NCBI RefSeq assembly: GCF_006345805.1
Contig: NC_043004.1
Location: forward strand, 78,988,001-79,052,000
Origin: Octopus sinensis
Taxonomy: Eukaryota
Direction of reading: 5' to 3'
DNA length: 64,000 nt
The translations under genes were made by a program, and so were the position numbers. Below, one piece after another: positions 1 to 14,550 of this stretch. The notes under the pieces are model-generated. The model did no database searches and was not told where the DNA came from. It saw only the letters and a list, made by a program, of their open reading frames with translations. How positions within the stretch are numbered: the stretch's first letter is position 1; each line of letters begins with the position of its first letter.

Positions 1-929
1 AGTCGTAGATATGAGCGAATTGATTAACAGTATTAAATTTCACACAGTTTTCATTTTAAATCCTGTCTCGAATTGACTTTACAGATCTACCTAAGATTTA
101 TCACTGATTAATTCATCACTGGACTCGGGATAACGGGACACGGTCGATTGTTAACCATGTTACGTATATTACGGATTGGTCCATGTTTACACGGGTTGAA
201 TGTCCTGCTTGTACTGCCAAGGCGCTCCCTAGTGACTATCCACTGTATTCAGCTACCCAGAATGAACCGCTTATCGCTTGTTATTACATGACCCTATCGC
301 GAGGTGGCGCATCTTGTATACAGGCTTACGTACCGATCCCCATCAGCGCGTGATCAGAGAACAAAAAATATACGAAGGCCTTTGGTCCAAGCAAACGACG
401 CACACGAGTGTATTTTTACAGGAACAGGTGGAGAGAATCATGAAAATACGTTACGGATACAGGAAAAAGCTGAGATGATCAAGAAAATACGCGACGCTTG
501 AAGCTTCGCTGTTGTGGACCGCAAGTTTGTTGTCAACGAATCTATCAATTCTTTTATTTACAAGAGGCGTGGGTATGATTCATTTATCACTGCTTTTGAA
601 ACTAAACTCCACCACCGTGATAAACAACCATAGATGTACCGTTAATAGACCAATCGGGTGTTATCTTCTTATCTATTCTTCTATACACTCGTGGCAACGT
701 AGAAATCGTTCGTAATGTATAACAGGGTGGTAAACTAGCACACTCCTCAGAGTCTTAGAAAGAATGCCGTGCGATCATCTGGCTCTTTACAGTTTGATTT
801 CAAATTTCGCATAGGCCAATTTTGTTTTTAATCTTGCCGAGATACCAGTCCAATACCGAGGTAGATGGTGACGGCTACCAGCCAAACCAGGTTTTTGGCT
901 TCACGCTTTTGCTGAGGGCACAGTCTCTT

Positions 930-1125
930 TAAATTTTATTAAATGACCTCTGGGTTATTCTTCCTGCACCAAGTCTTGTTCTGATTTCCTGAATGCATTC
1001 CGTTGTTTGGTCAGCAATCGGTCCTAGGTTCTTGAACTGATTAACCTTGGATAGCTTCACCCCTTGGCATCGTATGGTGAGCTGTCCTGCTTTCTTAGTG
1101 CTTGCACTAATTTTGGTCATTTACT
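930..1125 (-). mobile_element. RTE-clade LINE fragment
   Basis: LTIRCQGVKLSKVNQFKNLG...CIQEIRTRLG resembles the RTE motif VxxFxYLGS...EIxxRI. Confidence 0.6.
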
Positions 1126-1824
1126 TAATTTCCACTCTCTTAAGTCTCTCTTCCTCTCATTCTCTTTCTCCCCTCTTTCTCTCTCCCTCTCTTTCTCTCT
1201 GTTCTTCTCTTCCGCTCTCCTTCTGTCCCTCTCCTCCTCTCTTTCCCTCTCCTTCTGTCCCTCTCCTCCTCTCTTTCCCTCTACTGTCAATGAACAAAAG
1301 TGATTACTTCAAACACTAACATTTATTTATATTCTTTATGTATTTATCTTTATTAGAAAAATACATTCTTACGTATTCAATAAAAATATATTTGAAGGAG
1401 GCCGCTTACCTCCTCTTTTCAACGGGCCACATCAATTCAGTGTCGGTGAACAAAACACGTTTACATAACCTGTGTATAGTTAACAGTTAAAAGTCTCCAT
1501 AAGAATATAAAGAAGTGCGAAGTTTTATGAATGAAGGAAAGAGAAATATCTCTGAGTGATATAACAGAGAACTCGATTTACAATTTGAATAAACAAATAA
1601 GGTTAATTAAATTTAAGTTGTGTAAAATAAGATAAAGTCATTCACCGTAATGCGAAGTCAGTTCTAATGCTTGAGACAAAGTCATTCAGCGGAAAACTTT
1701 TAGAAATAAGGTTTTAGACTCCATTTATATCCTCATTTCTTCAGAGAAAAGGCTTTGATCCAAAATGGCGCCTTCCTCTCGCCTTCTACAACTCACATCA
1801 CCAATTTAATAACTGTTTATTTTT

Positions 1825-2407
1825 AAGGCGGCGAGGTGGCAGAAACGTTAGCACGCCGGGCGAAATGCTTAGCGGTATTTCGTCTACCGCTACATTCTGA
1901 GTTCAAATTCCGCCGAGGTCGACTTTGCCTTCCATCCTTTCGGGGTCGATTAAATAAGTACCAGTTACGCACTGGGGTCGATATAATCAACTTAATCCAT
2001 TTGTCTGTCCTTGTTTGTCCTCTCTGTGTTTAGCCCCTTGTGGGTAGTAAAGAAATGGGTATTTCGTCCGTCTTTACGTTCTGAGTTCAAATTCCGCCGA
2101 GGTCGACTTTGCCTTTCATCCTTTTGGGGTCAATTAAATAAGTACCAGTTACGCACTGGGGTCGATATAATCGACTTAATCCCTTTATCTGTTCTTGTTT
2201 GTCCTCTCTGTGTTTAGCCCCTTGTGGGTAGTAAAGAAATAGGTGTTTCGTCCGTCTTTACGTTCTGAGTTCAAATTCCGCTGAGGTCGACATTGCCTTT
2301 CATCCTTTCGGAGGGCGATTAATTAAGTACCAGTTACGCACTGGGGTCGATCTAATCGACTGGCCCCCTCCCCCCAAATTTCCGGTCTTGTGCCTAGAGT
2401 AGAAAAG
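1825..2407 (+). mobile_element. tRNA-derived SINE (Meta-like core), trimeric body
   Basis: Head ggcggcgaggtggcagaaacg; B-box gagttcaaattcc; core gactttgcctttcatcctttcggggtcgat repeated three times; 17-bp TSD aataactgtttattttt at 1808-1824 and 2408-2424. Confidence 0.9.
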
Positions 2408-3098
2408 AATAACTGTTTATTTTTCGCAAAACAGAGATCCTCTCTAGTTTTCTTTGATGTTATTTATATCGGATAATTTTAGTTATATACATGCGTGCCT
2501 TTATGAGAATATTATTGGCTTCAATTCCTGTACGATGTGTCTATGCATTTATATATAAATTCTTTTTCTCGGAGTCCGTGGATGTTTTAATTAATTAGGA
2601 TAGACAGTTGTTTAGATAGGTTGTTTGCAATGTATATTCGTGTTCTTATCTCAGTTCATATCTAATGATGTTGGTGTGTATCCTTTGATGATTCCGTCCT
2701 GTCTCTTTTGAAAGTTTCTCATTCATTAAAAATGCGGCAATTAGCAATCGGGGAACTGTCTGTGACTTATTTGCTGTTTTTCTTTATGTCAGTCTGCAGA
2801 AATGTATATACGTAAATATATAAATTAAAAATATACCAAATTTCCTTGTCTTTGTTTTCTTTGTTTTAACACACACACACACATGTTTATATATATATAT
2901 ATATATATTATACGAGTGTATGGATGTGTATGATGACATGTACACAAACTTATAATATAATAAGCTATATATATCTGCTGTTGTATGCATTTGTATATTT
3001 GCTTCGCTATCTGAACTTAGCTTTATGCACTCAAAATTGTGTTTCTGTGTCAGCTTGTCTCAAATTCACTCTTTCCCTCTCTCTCCCTCCCTTCCTCT

Positions 3099-3136
<38 letters not shown>

Positions 3137-3549
3137 ATATATATATATATGCATACATACATACATCTATTCATACATATAACGGTTACGTTCCACAGAC
3201 AGATCCGGTTATAGTGTCTACTGTACGCATGTTGTGCGTAACTCCCCTAAGAAAACCTGGAAGGGGATTTATCACTCATTTTATGATGCTCTCTAATGTA
3301 GAACATTTAATAGACAGACTGTATGTATTAGAAATTCTTTACTACATGACCATGAAATTTATATATTTCTTCCCTATGTATACCAATACATACATTTATA
3401 TGCACATACATACGTGTGTACATATATTTTGAGTGATGCATATAGGTAAATAGAACTCAAAACATGGACATATATATATATTATATATAATATATATATA
3501 TATATAATATATATTAATATATATAGTTTTGCGCGTGTGTGTGTGTGTA

Positions 3550-3920
3550 TACGACGGCTTCCACACGGTCTTCGTCTTCCTAATTCACTTACAAGACTTC
3601 GACCGGACCTCCGATTGCGACGGCGATTTGTGCTCCAGTTGGTCCAATCAACAGAACACCCTGCTCGTGAAATTCACATGCAAATGGCTGAGTACTCCAC
3701 AGTTTCGTGTAGCTTTAACGTAGTTTTCAGGGACATTCAGCATGACACCAAATGTGACAAGGCTGGCCTTTCTCATTTTGGTCATTTGACTGAAGTGGAG
3801 CAAGTTGAAAAAAAGTGTCTTGTTCGAGGACACGACACGCCGCTGAGAATCGAAGTCACGACCTTACAAACGTGGGGGGAATTTCCACTAAGCCACGCAC
3901 GTGCATAAGACACTGCGTTG
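3550..3920 (-). mobile_element. tRNA-derived SINE
   Basis: Body shared with 26035-26395; cttgttcgaggacac core and gaatcgaa B-box on the minus strand. Confidence 0.7.
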
Positions 3921-4168
3921 TGGGGGCCGAACTCGATACAATGAACACACGCACAAACACACATACACTCTCCTTCCCTCTTCCTGCCTTTCTCTCTCTC
4001 ACTCTCTGTCCCCTCTCCCCCTGTGTGTGTAAATATAATATATATACATATGCATACATCCATACATAAATATATATATATATAGATATATATATATATA
4101 TATACATGAATGTATTTATATATGTGTGCGTTGTGTGTGTATGTGTATGTATATGTATAATGTATATA

Positions 4169-4205
<37 letters not shown>

Positions 4206-4592
4206 TGTATGTGTATTTGTGTTGTGTGTGTGTGTATATATATATATATATGTTTGTTGTGCGTGGTATATATATGTATATATATAAATTAGAAAAACCC
4301 ACGTTTTTATCAATTCAAATGAACGATTAAATTACACCATCTAGAAAATTACATTATAATAGAAATATTAACATTAAAATAACAATAAAATGTCAAAGAT
4401 TAAGTAAATTTACTTAATCTTTGACATTTTATTGTTATTTTAATGTTAATTGATAAAATGTGCGTTTTTCTAATTTATATATATATATTATATTGTGTGA
4501 AATTTGATTTAGTACTTCTAAATTGAATTTGCTTTCCTTGTAAGTTTTGGATTTTAGTCCCTCAAATATTAATAATTATATATATATTATAT

Positions 4593-4674
<82 letters not shown>

Positions 4675-5099
4675 CTTTTCTCTTTTCAAAAAGTGACTCT
4701 CCCAGCCTTCACTATTCTTTCGTTCTGGTCTAACGACCCTCCATGTTTGTTTTCGCTCGGTTTACTTGTATGTCTCCACTATTATTCTTTTGTTCCCAAC
4801 TTTGACCCTCCATAAATCGTAAATTTTATTTTAGAATTCATGGAAGCTACTGTCTTTGAAGACTCATATTGTCGTTTGAATGATCGAAATGAGGAGTAGA
4901 TAGACAACCGACAACTGATGAAGGGTCCTTTTTCTGTGTTAACTTGTCCTGTTTTCCATTTTTTCCCCGTTGTTTCCGTATTTCACTCGTTTTCATCCTG
5001 TAATAACTGTCCACGTCTTGTATCTATCTCTCTTGTGTATGTTATTTGCACTGTTGGTGACGTTCTGTACCCATATATGCATGCATATGTATGTGTGTG

Positions 5100-5131
5100 T
5101 ATATTATATTATATATATATATATATATATG

Positions 5132-5189
<58 letters not shown>

Positions 5190-5226
5190 TATATATAATA
5201 TGTATATATATATATATGTATTATAG

Positions 5227-5257
<31 letters not shown>

Positions 5258-5314
5258 GTAGATATATGTATATAATATATATAGATATATATATATATAT
5301 ATTATATAAATATG

Positions 5315-5364
<50 letters not shown>

Positions 5365-5390
5365 GTATATATATATAATATATATATATG

Positions 5391-5424
<34 letters not shown>

Positions 5425-5484
5425 TATATAATATATATATATATATATAATATATATATTATATATATATATATTATGTATATA

Positions 5485-5527
<43 letters not shown>

Positions 5528-5562
5528 GTGTATATATAGATATATTATATATAGCTATATAT

Positions 5563-5614
<52 letters not shown>

Positions 5615-5619
5615 ATATA

Positions 5620-5658
<39 letters not shown>

Positions 5659-5659
5659 G

Positions 5660-5715
<56 letters not shown>

Positions 5716-5923
5716 TCTATATATATATATATAATGTATATATATATTATTATATATATATATGTAATATTATAGATATATATATATGTATATATATATA
5801 ATATTTATATATTATATATATATATATATATAAGTGTATATATATATATATATATGTATATATATAGATATATATATATATGTTATATATATTATATATA
5901 TGTATATATATAGATATAATATG

Positions 5924-5963
<40 letters not shown>

Positions 5964-5997
5964 ATGTATTTATATATATATATATGTATATATATAT
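5100..5997. repeat. Long imperfect (TA)n microsatellite
   Basis: About 900 bp of interrupted TA repeats. Confidence 0.95.
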
Positions 5998-6670
<673 letters not shown>

Positions 6671-6707
6671 CTATTGTATATTATATATGTATATATATAT
6701 ATATATA

Positions 6708-6750
<43 letters not shown>

Positions 6751-6831
6751 TACATATATATATACATATATATATATATATGTGTGTGGTGTGTGCGTGT
6801 GTGTGTGGTGTGTGTGTGTAAATGTATATAA

Positions 6832-7022
6832 AGTTCAAGAAGTCTTTGGACAAATTCCTTCAAAAAATCCCGGATAAACATCCTACACTCGGATATGTCT
6901 CCATAAACAATAACTCTCTACCCGAGTAGGCCATGTTGTCCGATTCAGTATTTGAATGACTTTGCCAGATGGTGCTATTAAGTTAGACATACCCTGGGCC
7001 AATACTTGCCGCACCCTATCAA
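6832..7022 (+). mobile_element. Diverged 3' end of the same LINE family, opposite orientation
   Basis: aagttcaagaagtctttggacaaattccttc...ggtgctattaagttagacat...ctatcaaa is the diverged reverse complement of 6010-6200. Confidence 0.75.
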
Positions 7023-7559
7023 ATATATATATCTATATAATTTTGCTTCAGAGTAAGGAAAAATCTTTGGGCCCCACTTAACACAATCCGCCAATCGAAA
7101 GTGGAAGGGCCTTCAACCAAAATTGTATTGTGAAGCATGTAGGGATAACGGTAACAGACGTTCTCATAAATAATTTTACATCTGGAAAAATACGTAAAGG
7201 AGGTACAGAACACTAATCCATCTGTTTAACTAAGAATTTAAATATTGGGACATTGACATCTACTTGTTAAGAAGCTGGCAACTTCAATAACATTTCTGAA
7301 TCAACAACTGACATATCAGGAAAAAATACATCTTTTTCTAACAGTAATTTGTTTTCATGGAAACATCTTGACAAGATCTCCGTCCTTTTAAATTTGATAT
7401 ATCCAAATTTTTTCAACCTACTTTATATTTCAGCCGAGTGGGGACGACACTTGCATTTATATTGTACACATGCATTCTTTCTTTGATCGATAATTCAGCA
7501 TTAGTTTTTCAAACCGTCCTCTTTCATTTTATACACTCACCGTACATACATGTAAACCT

Positions 7560-7756
7560 TGGTACAAGGCCAGCAATTGTAGGAGGTTACAAGTCGATTA
7601 CATCGTCCTCAGTGCTCAATTTGCATTTATTTTATCGGTCCTGAAAGGATGAAAGACAAAGTCAGCCTCGGCGACATTTGGATTCGGGGCATAAAGTTGG
7701 GAAAACGTTGCTACGCACTTTTTCCTGCGTAGTAACGATTCTGCCAGCTCGTGGCT
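7560..7756 (-). mobile_element. SINE (Meta-like core)
   Basis: gaaaggatgaaagacaaagtcagcctcggc..ctgccagctcg. Confidence 0.75.
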
Positions 7757-7762
7757 TATATT

Positions 7763-7797
<35 letters not shown>

Positions 7798-8030
7798 TAA
7801 GAAATGGAGTCAAACACAGGTGCTATTCACATCAAAAAGATTTGAATAACACCTGCGTTTGATTCCGTTTCTTAATTTATTCGCGTTATGCTAAAACAAT
7901 TCACTTAACCCTGGAATTTCTACCTTTATATGTAGGCTGTAATATCATTGGCACTTATGTAAATTTTTGCTACGCTGGTAGCTATTTCTTTTCTTGTTAT
8001 TTGTACACACTAGAAAAACATACAAGCATT

Positions 8031-8069
<39 letters not shown>

Positions 8070-8353
8070 TTAATCAAAGGACATACTTAGTATATTTACC
8101 TGCTTGAAATAACAGTCAAAACTCATTAAATCGCCCAAAATACACTGATGAAAACTACAATAAGAGTTTTGACTGTTATTTCTAGTAGGTAGACATACTT
8201 AGTATGTCCTTTGATTAATTTTAATCCCTCGGCTATTTAATGCTATTTTTTGGCCTGCTATCACCTGTGTCATTGATTTTGTTATTATCATTTTAAAAAT
8301 AGTTACATTGGATAACAATAGAATTAATGACACTTTCGTAAATTAATTTTTGG

Positions 8354-8432
<79 letters not shown>

Positions 8433-9329
8433 TGTGTGTGTGTGTGTGTTTGTGCGTATGTATTTGTCCCTCTACCATCTCTTGACAACTGATGGTGTCT
8501 TTACGTCCCCGTAGCTTTATATATATATATAAGGATTGTATTTTGGAAACATTAAGGAGGTTTTCAAGAACAGTAGCTTTTAAAATGAAGTGAAATTGCT
8601 TTAACGATGTAACGAAACAGGCTCGAAGAATCGGGAGTTTGCTTATTCATATTGTAACACTTATCATTCTACTAAATTAGCACCTACAATAGCTATTAAA
8701 GCTTTGCTTATTTAATCAGGTAGCGAGCGATTTGCAGGTGTAAAAGCTGTTATCATATGAAAGTAGCCGCCTAAAAGTTGACTTTGGTAGAAAGGATTAA
8801 CTTGTGAAGAATGTCTTTAATCTTTACATTGAACCGAAGCGAACAACTGCGCCAAAACAAATAGCACTACCGAAAGGTCACCAACTCGACTAAAGTAGAA
8901 TTTGATTAAGTTAAGCCGTCGAGTAATCTTAAGTAAATAGTTATTTCTTAATAGGACCGCTAATTCATTATTTCACTAAATAACCGCTAGAAAATCTCTA
9001 AATCCGTATAGAAAGAGACTCTTCCACTTTAGTTAACGCATTCACTTTGGCTAACTTACAAGTTCTCTCTCTAAAATGGACAAATTGTTATTTTCTTGAA
9101 TAAACACCGGGTCATCACTGATGAAGCAGGCCTGCGACTAGAGATGCTCCGATCGTGACCATCCCATCCTTTTCTTCAACGTTGTATGTTTAGGGCTACG
9201 TTGTCCAGTCTGCCCTTCATTTTTCAAAACGATATTGTCTAATTTGAGAAATAGATTCTGCTAGTTCTGTTAGATCAAGCAAACACGTATAAACTCGAAA
9301 AAAGCTCATGTTTTGTCTCTTTTGTCTGC

Positions 9330-9625
9330 TTGTATAAAGTCTGGTACTTATTCTATCGGTCATTCATCGAACTGATAAGTTACGGGGACGTAAACAAAAC
9401 AACAGCGTTTATCAAGCGGTGTGGAAACAAACACTTAGATGCGCACGCATGCATATATACACACATAAATATAAATATACAATGGGCTTCCATACAGTTT
9501 CTGTCTACCAAATCACAGCATTGATTGATCCAAGAATGTAGCAGAATACACTTGCCTAAAATGCCAAACAATGGGAATGAACCCGAAACTACCACCACGT
9601 GGCTGCGAAACGGCCTTAACCGCAC
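9330..9625 (-). mobile_element. tRNA-derived SINE, another family
   Basis: gtagcagaatacacttgcctaa..gggaatgaaccc. Related plus-strand copies at about 11283-11520 and 29495-29585. Confidence 0.6.
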
Positions 9626-10731
9626 AACTACGTCTGTACTTATAATAGTTCAGTAAACAGCAAACTTTAAGACGGTGTACCATTTTAAGGGAGCATGTGA
9701 GCTCTGGGCTGCTAATTAATACTTGCTCCTTTCTGAAAACTGCTCCATAATGCAAGTTTATTTATTATTAGAGTGAACCCCTTGCATTTGCTATTAGAGC
9801 CCTTCTTTTGGGGATAATATTTCACAGAAGCCATCATCATAACAAATTTTTGTTTCTTTACCCCTATTACTTTCACTGAATAAATCATGAAGCCCCAAGC
9901 TTCAACACCACCACCACCAATATCGGGCTACAGCCCTTATCTTATACCTTACTATTGCTACATATCAGCCTTGCCGTACGCAGATTCAAATACAAACAAG
10001 AGAGAGAAAAAACGGAAAGAGAACAAAGCAATGTGGAAGAAAATTGTAAAAGTAAAAGAGAAGGTAGCAATAACTGTTGAAGATAACGAAGGGGGAATGG
10101 TGATGGTGGTGGTGGGGAGTCGTTCGTAAAATCGGGGAATACGATCGTCTGATGAACTTGACATTTTCTTTGACACGGTTTTTAAAAAAAATATTTTGTT
10201 TTGTTTCACTTTTTCTGCTATGTTGAATGTCGGTCACCGTAAGAATTGTATGAAGACATATGAAAATATTATACACCTTATATATCTGAAAACACATTTT
10301 ACTTATCTTATTCATTTGTTATACGTTCTAATAAATTCGAACGTGTATATCTGATCGCCATATTACGAATAAGGAATAGATACGGTAACAGATACGTAAC
10401 TGTTTGGATCCTCGCTGTTTTGCGTGCACCCCACGAAGCATTACCTATTTTACTCCCTTTTTTTTTATATAACGAGATCGGTTGTTTCGTTTGCTTCGGC
10501 ATTCTTGTTGTATTTTGATATTTGTATTAATTGTTTGTAGTCTGTATTTGCTTTAGTTTCATTGTACGTGCGTCCTTCGGTATGTGTGTGTGTGTGTGTG
10601 TGTGCAAGACGGCATATTTGAGGGTGTAATTCAGTAAATGTAAGCCATCACCTCAAAGACAAATTTAATTTTACCAATCCTGTAATTGCTTAATTTACTG
10701 TGATTTTATTTCAAAAACTCATAAATACATA

Positions 10732-10789
<58 letters not shown>

Positions 10790-10854
10790 TTCTCTTACCC
10801 TTTCCCTCTATGGAATTTGCGGGAATAGCAAAAGGCAATTACATAACCTTGGTT

Positions 10855-10991
10855 CGCAGTTGGTGGTTATTTCATCGACATGAAAGGGATGAACGGCAAA
10901 GTTAAGCTCGATAGAATTTGAACTCAGACGGATGAAATGCCGCTAAGCATTTTGTCCGGCGTGTAAGCGACTCAGCCTACTCGCCGCCTTA
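10855..10991 (-). mobile_element. SINE (Meta-like core), head-to-head with the 11027 copy
   Basis: Reverse complement of head and core (gaatttgaactcaga..ctcgccgcctt). Confidence 0.75.
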
Positions 10992-11026
10992 AACCGCGTT
11001 TAGAAATACTGAATATATATATACGG

Positions 11027-11261
11027 AAGGCGGCGAGCTGGAAGAAACGTTAGCACGCCGGGCAAAATGCTTAGTGGCATTTCATCTGCCGTTACGTTCT
11101 GAGTTCAAATTTTGCCGAGGTCAACTTTGCCTTTCCTCCTTTCGAGGTCGATAAATTAAGTACCAGTTACACACTGGGGTCGATGTAATTGACTTAATCC
11201 TTTTGTCTGTCCTTGTTTGTCCCCTCTATCTTTAGCCCCTTGTGGGCAATAAAGAAATAAA
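11027..11261 (+). mobile_element. tRNA-derived SINE (Meta-like core)
   Basis: Full head, core and tail; TSD aaatactgaatatatat(at)acgg on both sides. Confidence 0.88.
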
Positions 11262-11748
11262 AAATACTGAATATATATACGGTTGTCTTGTTAAGAACTT
11301 CGTTTTGCTCGTTGTTTCGGGTTCAGTTCCAGCGCACAACCCCTTGAGCAAGTATCTTCTACAATTGCTACGCGCCGACTAAATCCTTATGAGTGAATTA
11401 GGTAGACGGAAACTTTGTGGAAGCCCGTCAGCAGTGAGTGTGTGCGTGTGTGTGTGCAGCGCTATGTGATCGTTCCACCACCGCTTGACAACTGTTGTTC
11501 GTTTATTTATGTCCTCATAGCTTGTTGATTCACCATGCACACACACATAAATATATATGCATAAATATTTTTTTTATTTTTATTTTATTTTATCTAGTTT
11601 CAGCTCACGAGCTCTGGCCATGCTGACGCACCGCCATTTACATATATAGAAAAAGAGATAGAGAAAGAGAGAGAGTGTGGGGTGACAGTTCCGTTAATAT
11701 CTATAGTAAATCTTATACTAATACCCGTATTACCATTTCTATTTTCAG

Positions 11749-11811
11749 AAGTTTTTGAAAAAACAGATGAAGTATGTCCTGAGAATTTAGGAGCATATGA
11801 CGACATACCAG
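11749..11811 (+). CDS. COL9A1-like: Collagen IX alpha-1-like (FACIT-type TSPN/NC4 domain) gene, internal coding exon A
   Basis: ttttcag acceptor at 11742-11748 and gtagag donor at 11812; phase 1-1. Encodes (E)VFEKTDEVCPENLGAYDDIP, matching the recalled COL9A1 NC4 start ELCPKIRIGQDDLPG. Joins exon B in frame (G+CA=Ala). Confidence 0.85.
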
Positions 11812-14169
11812 GTAGAGTCACACTTTTTCGTTATCTAATATTTTCAGCTCGGCTTATCCATTTTACACTTTATGAGAATCTCTCTTAACATTCTTTAAAG
11901 GCACATAGATTCATAGAAAGGAAATAAAATGTATCTACACATCGATATAATAATTTTATTTCCTTACACTTCTGTTCGTCCTAAATTCCTAGATTAGCTC
12001 TTAATCTATTTTGTTAAACGATATTTACGCGGATCATTTTTCATACGATATTCCGAAGTCTTGTACGGGTGCTTCGATGCAGCCCCGGCGGTGAGTTTGT
12101 CCTCATCGATGGAGCCTATTTGCTATACATATTAGAATAACATTCGTAAAGTCTTAGAATACCAGATCATAAATCTTGAATTCATATCCACCAGAATCCA
12201 CAATCCTTGTACTGTACACGTCATTATACGTACTGAGTTGTCTATTCTAATCTTTCATTTAACTTGCATCGTTTTTAGACCAAAATACCAGTTCGGATGA
12301 TATTCTCCCATGGGGAATATATTTCTAAGAGAAATACAAGGGAATGCTCCCTTTTACCACAACCAGTGTATAGAAATGAATTTGGAACTATTTGCTTTTT
12401 TTCTGTCAGAATATATGTGAAAGTATTTATTTGATTCTCAACAAGTTTCACAACATAAATATTTTGACAAGTCTCCGGTCTCTCGTAAACGTTATCCAAT
12501 GTTTAAATATATAATACTTTGTAAGCGATTTATAAGCTCTTAAAAATATCTAATAACTATTTACATATTGGCATCAAGTTTATTTTCCAATCTTGGTCTT
12601 GCCAAAATAAATTTGGCACTTGAATTTGCAGGATGTCGACAAGTTAATTGAGATTGCTCATTTTTATGTTTCACATACGAAAAATCACTACTGTAGCTTT
12701 TGTGTACAGTGGTTATTCCACAGTAGTTTTATAAAATGCCTCATACCTAAATACGGAACACGATATCGGAGATCTTCGCGAATGCCACCAAATAACCAAC
12801 ATAAAAAAATTAATATCAACCGCAAACCGTAATTGGATTCAACGCTTTCGTTACGGCTCATAATACCACATTTAAGTATTAACTATTAGCTACTAAGTGG
12901 GCATAAGCCGTTAATAAATTTAGAATATTTGTTTACTTGAAATACAATTTTATTAAATAAGTGATGATATATGAGATGATCTTCAGTTACAAAATAGAAC
13001 CGTTTGTCTTCTGCAGAAGCCGTCGTGACATTTCACTCGCAATATTTTCTTTAGATTTCGACTAAAAAACCCTTCTTTTATTTTATTAGATGTAATTATA
13101 GTTAAAGGAATCCCAGAGGAAAAAACAACGTTATTTCTACGTATGTGGCATCAGTATCTCTAAATTCGTAACCTGCCCTAATGTCACAGAACTGACAACA
13201 AATATGACACCGAGTTGTGATTTTATTAAAAAATTAATCAAAGGAAAAGAAAACTAGATTTGCTTTTCTTATCCTGGCGGATTAACACTTTCGGCGTCGG
13301 TTAGTGGGAAAGGATTTGACAAGAAAACTCTAGCCTTAACAAGGGCAGAATCAAAGCAAAAGCGTGCAAAGGACGGCGTGCCAAGAACTTAAAACTATCC
13401 TGGAACTCACAATTGAGACGTGAAAGCAACTCCATTAAGGTGTCACATCTATGTGACCTTAGAATTATAGCAGTGATAAAACAAAAATCATCAACAATCA
13501 TTCACAATTTATTCCATGTTATTTTCGATAACGTTTGCCTGTTAAAAATACAAAATTGAGTTAACTTTCTAAATTGCGAGTGTTTTTTTTTTTTTTCTAC
13601 GTAAAGGTATTTTATATTAATTCCTCTGCTTTACGCTTATCCCACCAAAGTCTTTTACTGCTGATTCTAGCGTACATCAGCTCACACATAAACATTCTCC
13701 AACAAATAAACGAGATAACTAATTCAAGCTATTATGATGTTCAATTATCGAACTATTTATGGCTAGGAATATCTATTTCTTATGAGAGGACTGAATTTTA
13801 CCCGGGTAAACTAATAAAACACTTATGAGTTATACTAGTTGAACAGGAAGTTTCGGATGGAAGTTTTTCATACGAGCATTACAAATACATCAATCTAAGT
13901 ATTATTAAGAGGAAATTAACGGCTTCATTAGAATCATTTAGTTATATTTGAGTATTAATGTTATGGAATTTTTGAATGCTGGAAGTTTGGCTTGTTTCTT
14001 GACATTAAACCTAAAAAAAGAAGAAGAAAAATCACATAATACCAGAACTACCGTGATAATTGCAGAATTAACAGGCGTTTTCTTTATATCTCGGACAAGA
14101 CGTTCCTTAAATATAAACCTTATTTAACATAACTCGTATTTTACTTGCAATATTTAAGATATAACTTGA

Positions 14170-14550
14170 AGCTTGGGTAACGATAGCAAGGATATGGGCT
14201 CCTGTGAACAGTCTGTGGAGTAATATTACTCGACAAAGTGCATAACTCGGAGATCAGAGACGCGCTCCAGGAAGAGATGCTACTTCACCGAATTGAGAGA
14301 CAACAGCTCCGATACAATGGACATGTGGTAAGAATGTCTCGGGAAAGAATCGCTGGGCAAGTTTACAGGCCGAAGACCCTGGGGTAGACCACGAGCAAGA
14401 TGGTTGGATAACATCCATGAACTCGGTTGGCCAAGCTTCGAGATCAAGTCAAATCCATTAGAGATGGTTGCTTCTGACAAGACCCGGAGGAGGATATACT
14501 TCAAAACTCTAACCTCGTGACCATCCCAAGATTAAGTGAGCGAAGAAGAT
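14170..14550 (+). mobile_element. RTE-clade LINE 3' fragment
   Basis: GHVVRMSR..GRRPWGRPRARWLDNI..EMVASDK, the typical RTE C-terminus. Confidence 0.7.

Noticed and set aside
278-715. Short ORFs at the window start
   Set aside because: No recognisable domain or splice structure.
1047-1319. ORF with a hydrophobic, signal-peptide-like start as the collagen first exon
   Set aside because: It is the antisense of an RTE fragment followed by a CT-rich repeat; no suitable donor site identified.
4910-4940. CTGATGA hammerhead half-sites here and at about 9118, 21393, 25951 and 22217(-)
   Set aside because: No correctly placed GAAA-NUH partner found, so not counted.
10531-10579. Possible signal-peptide exon (LFVVCICFSFIVRASF, phase-1 donor gtatgt at 10580)
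   Set aside because: In-frame TAA at 10528-10530 and no ATG. It would need an assembly indel, so it is unsupported without RNA-seq.
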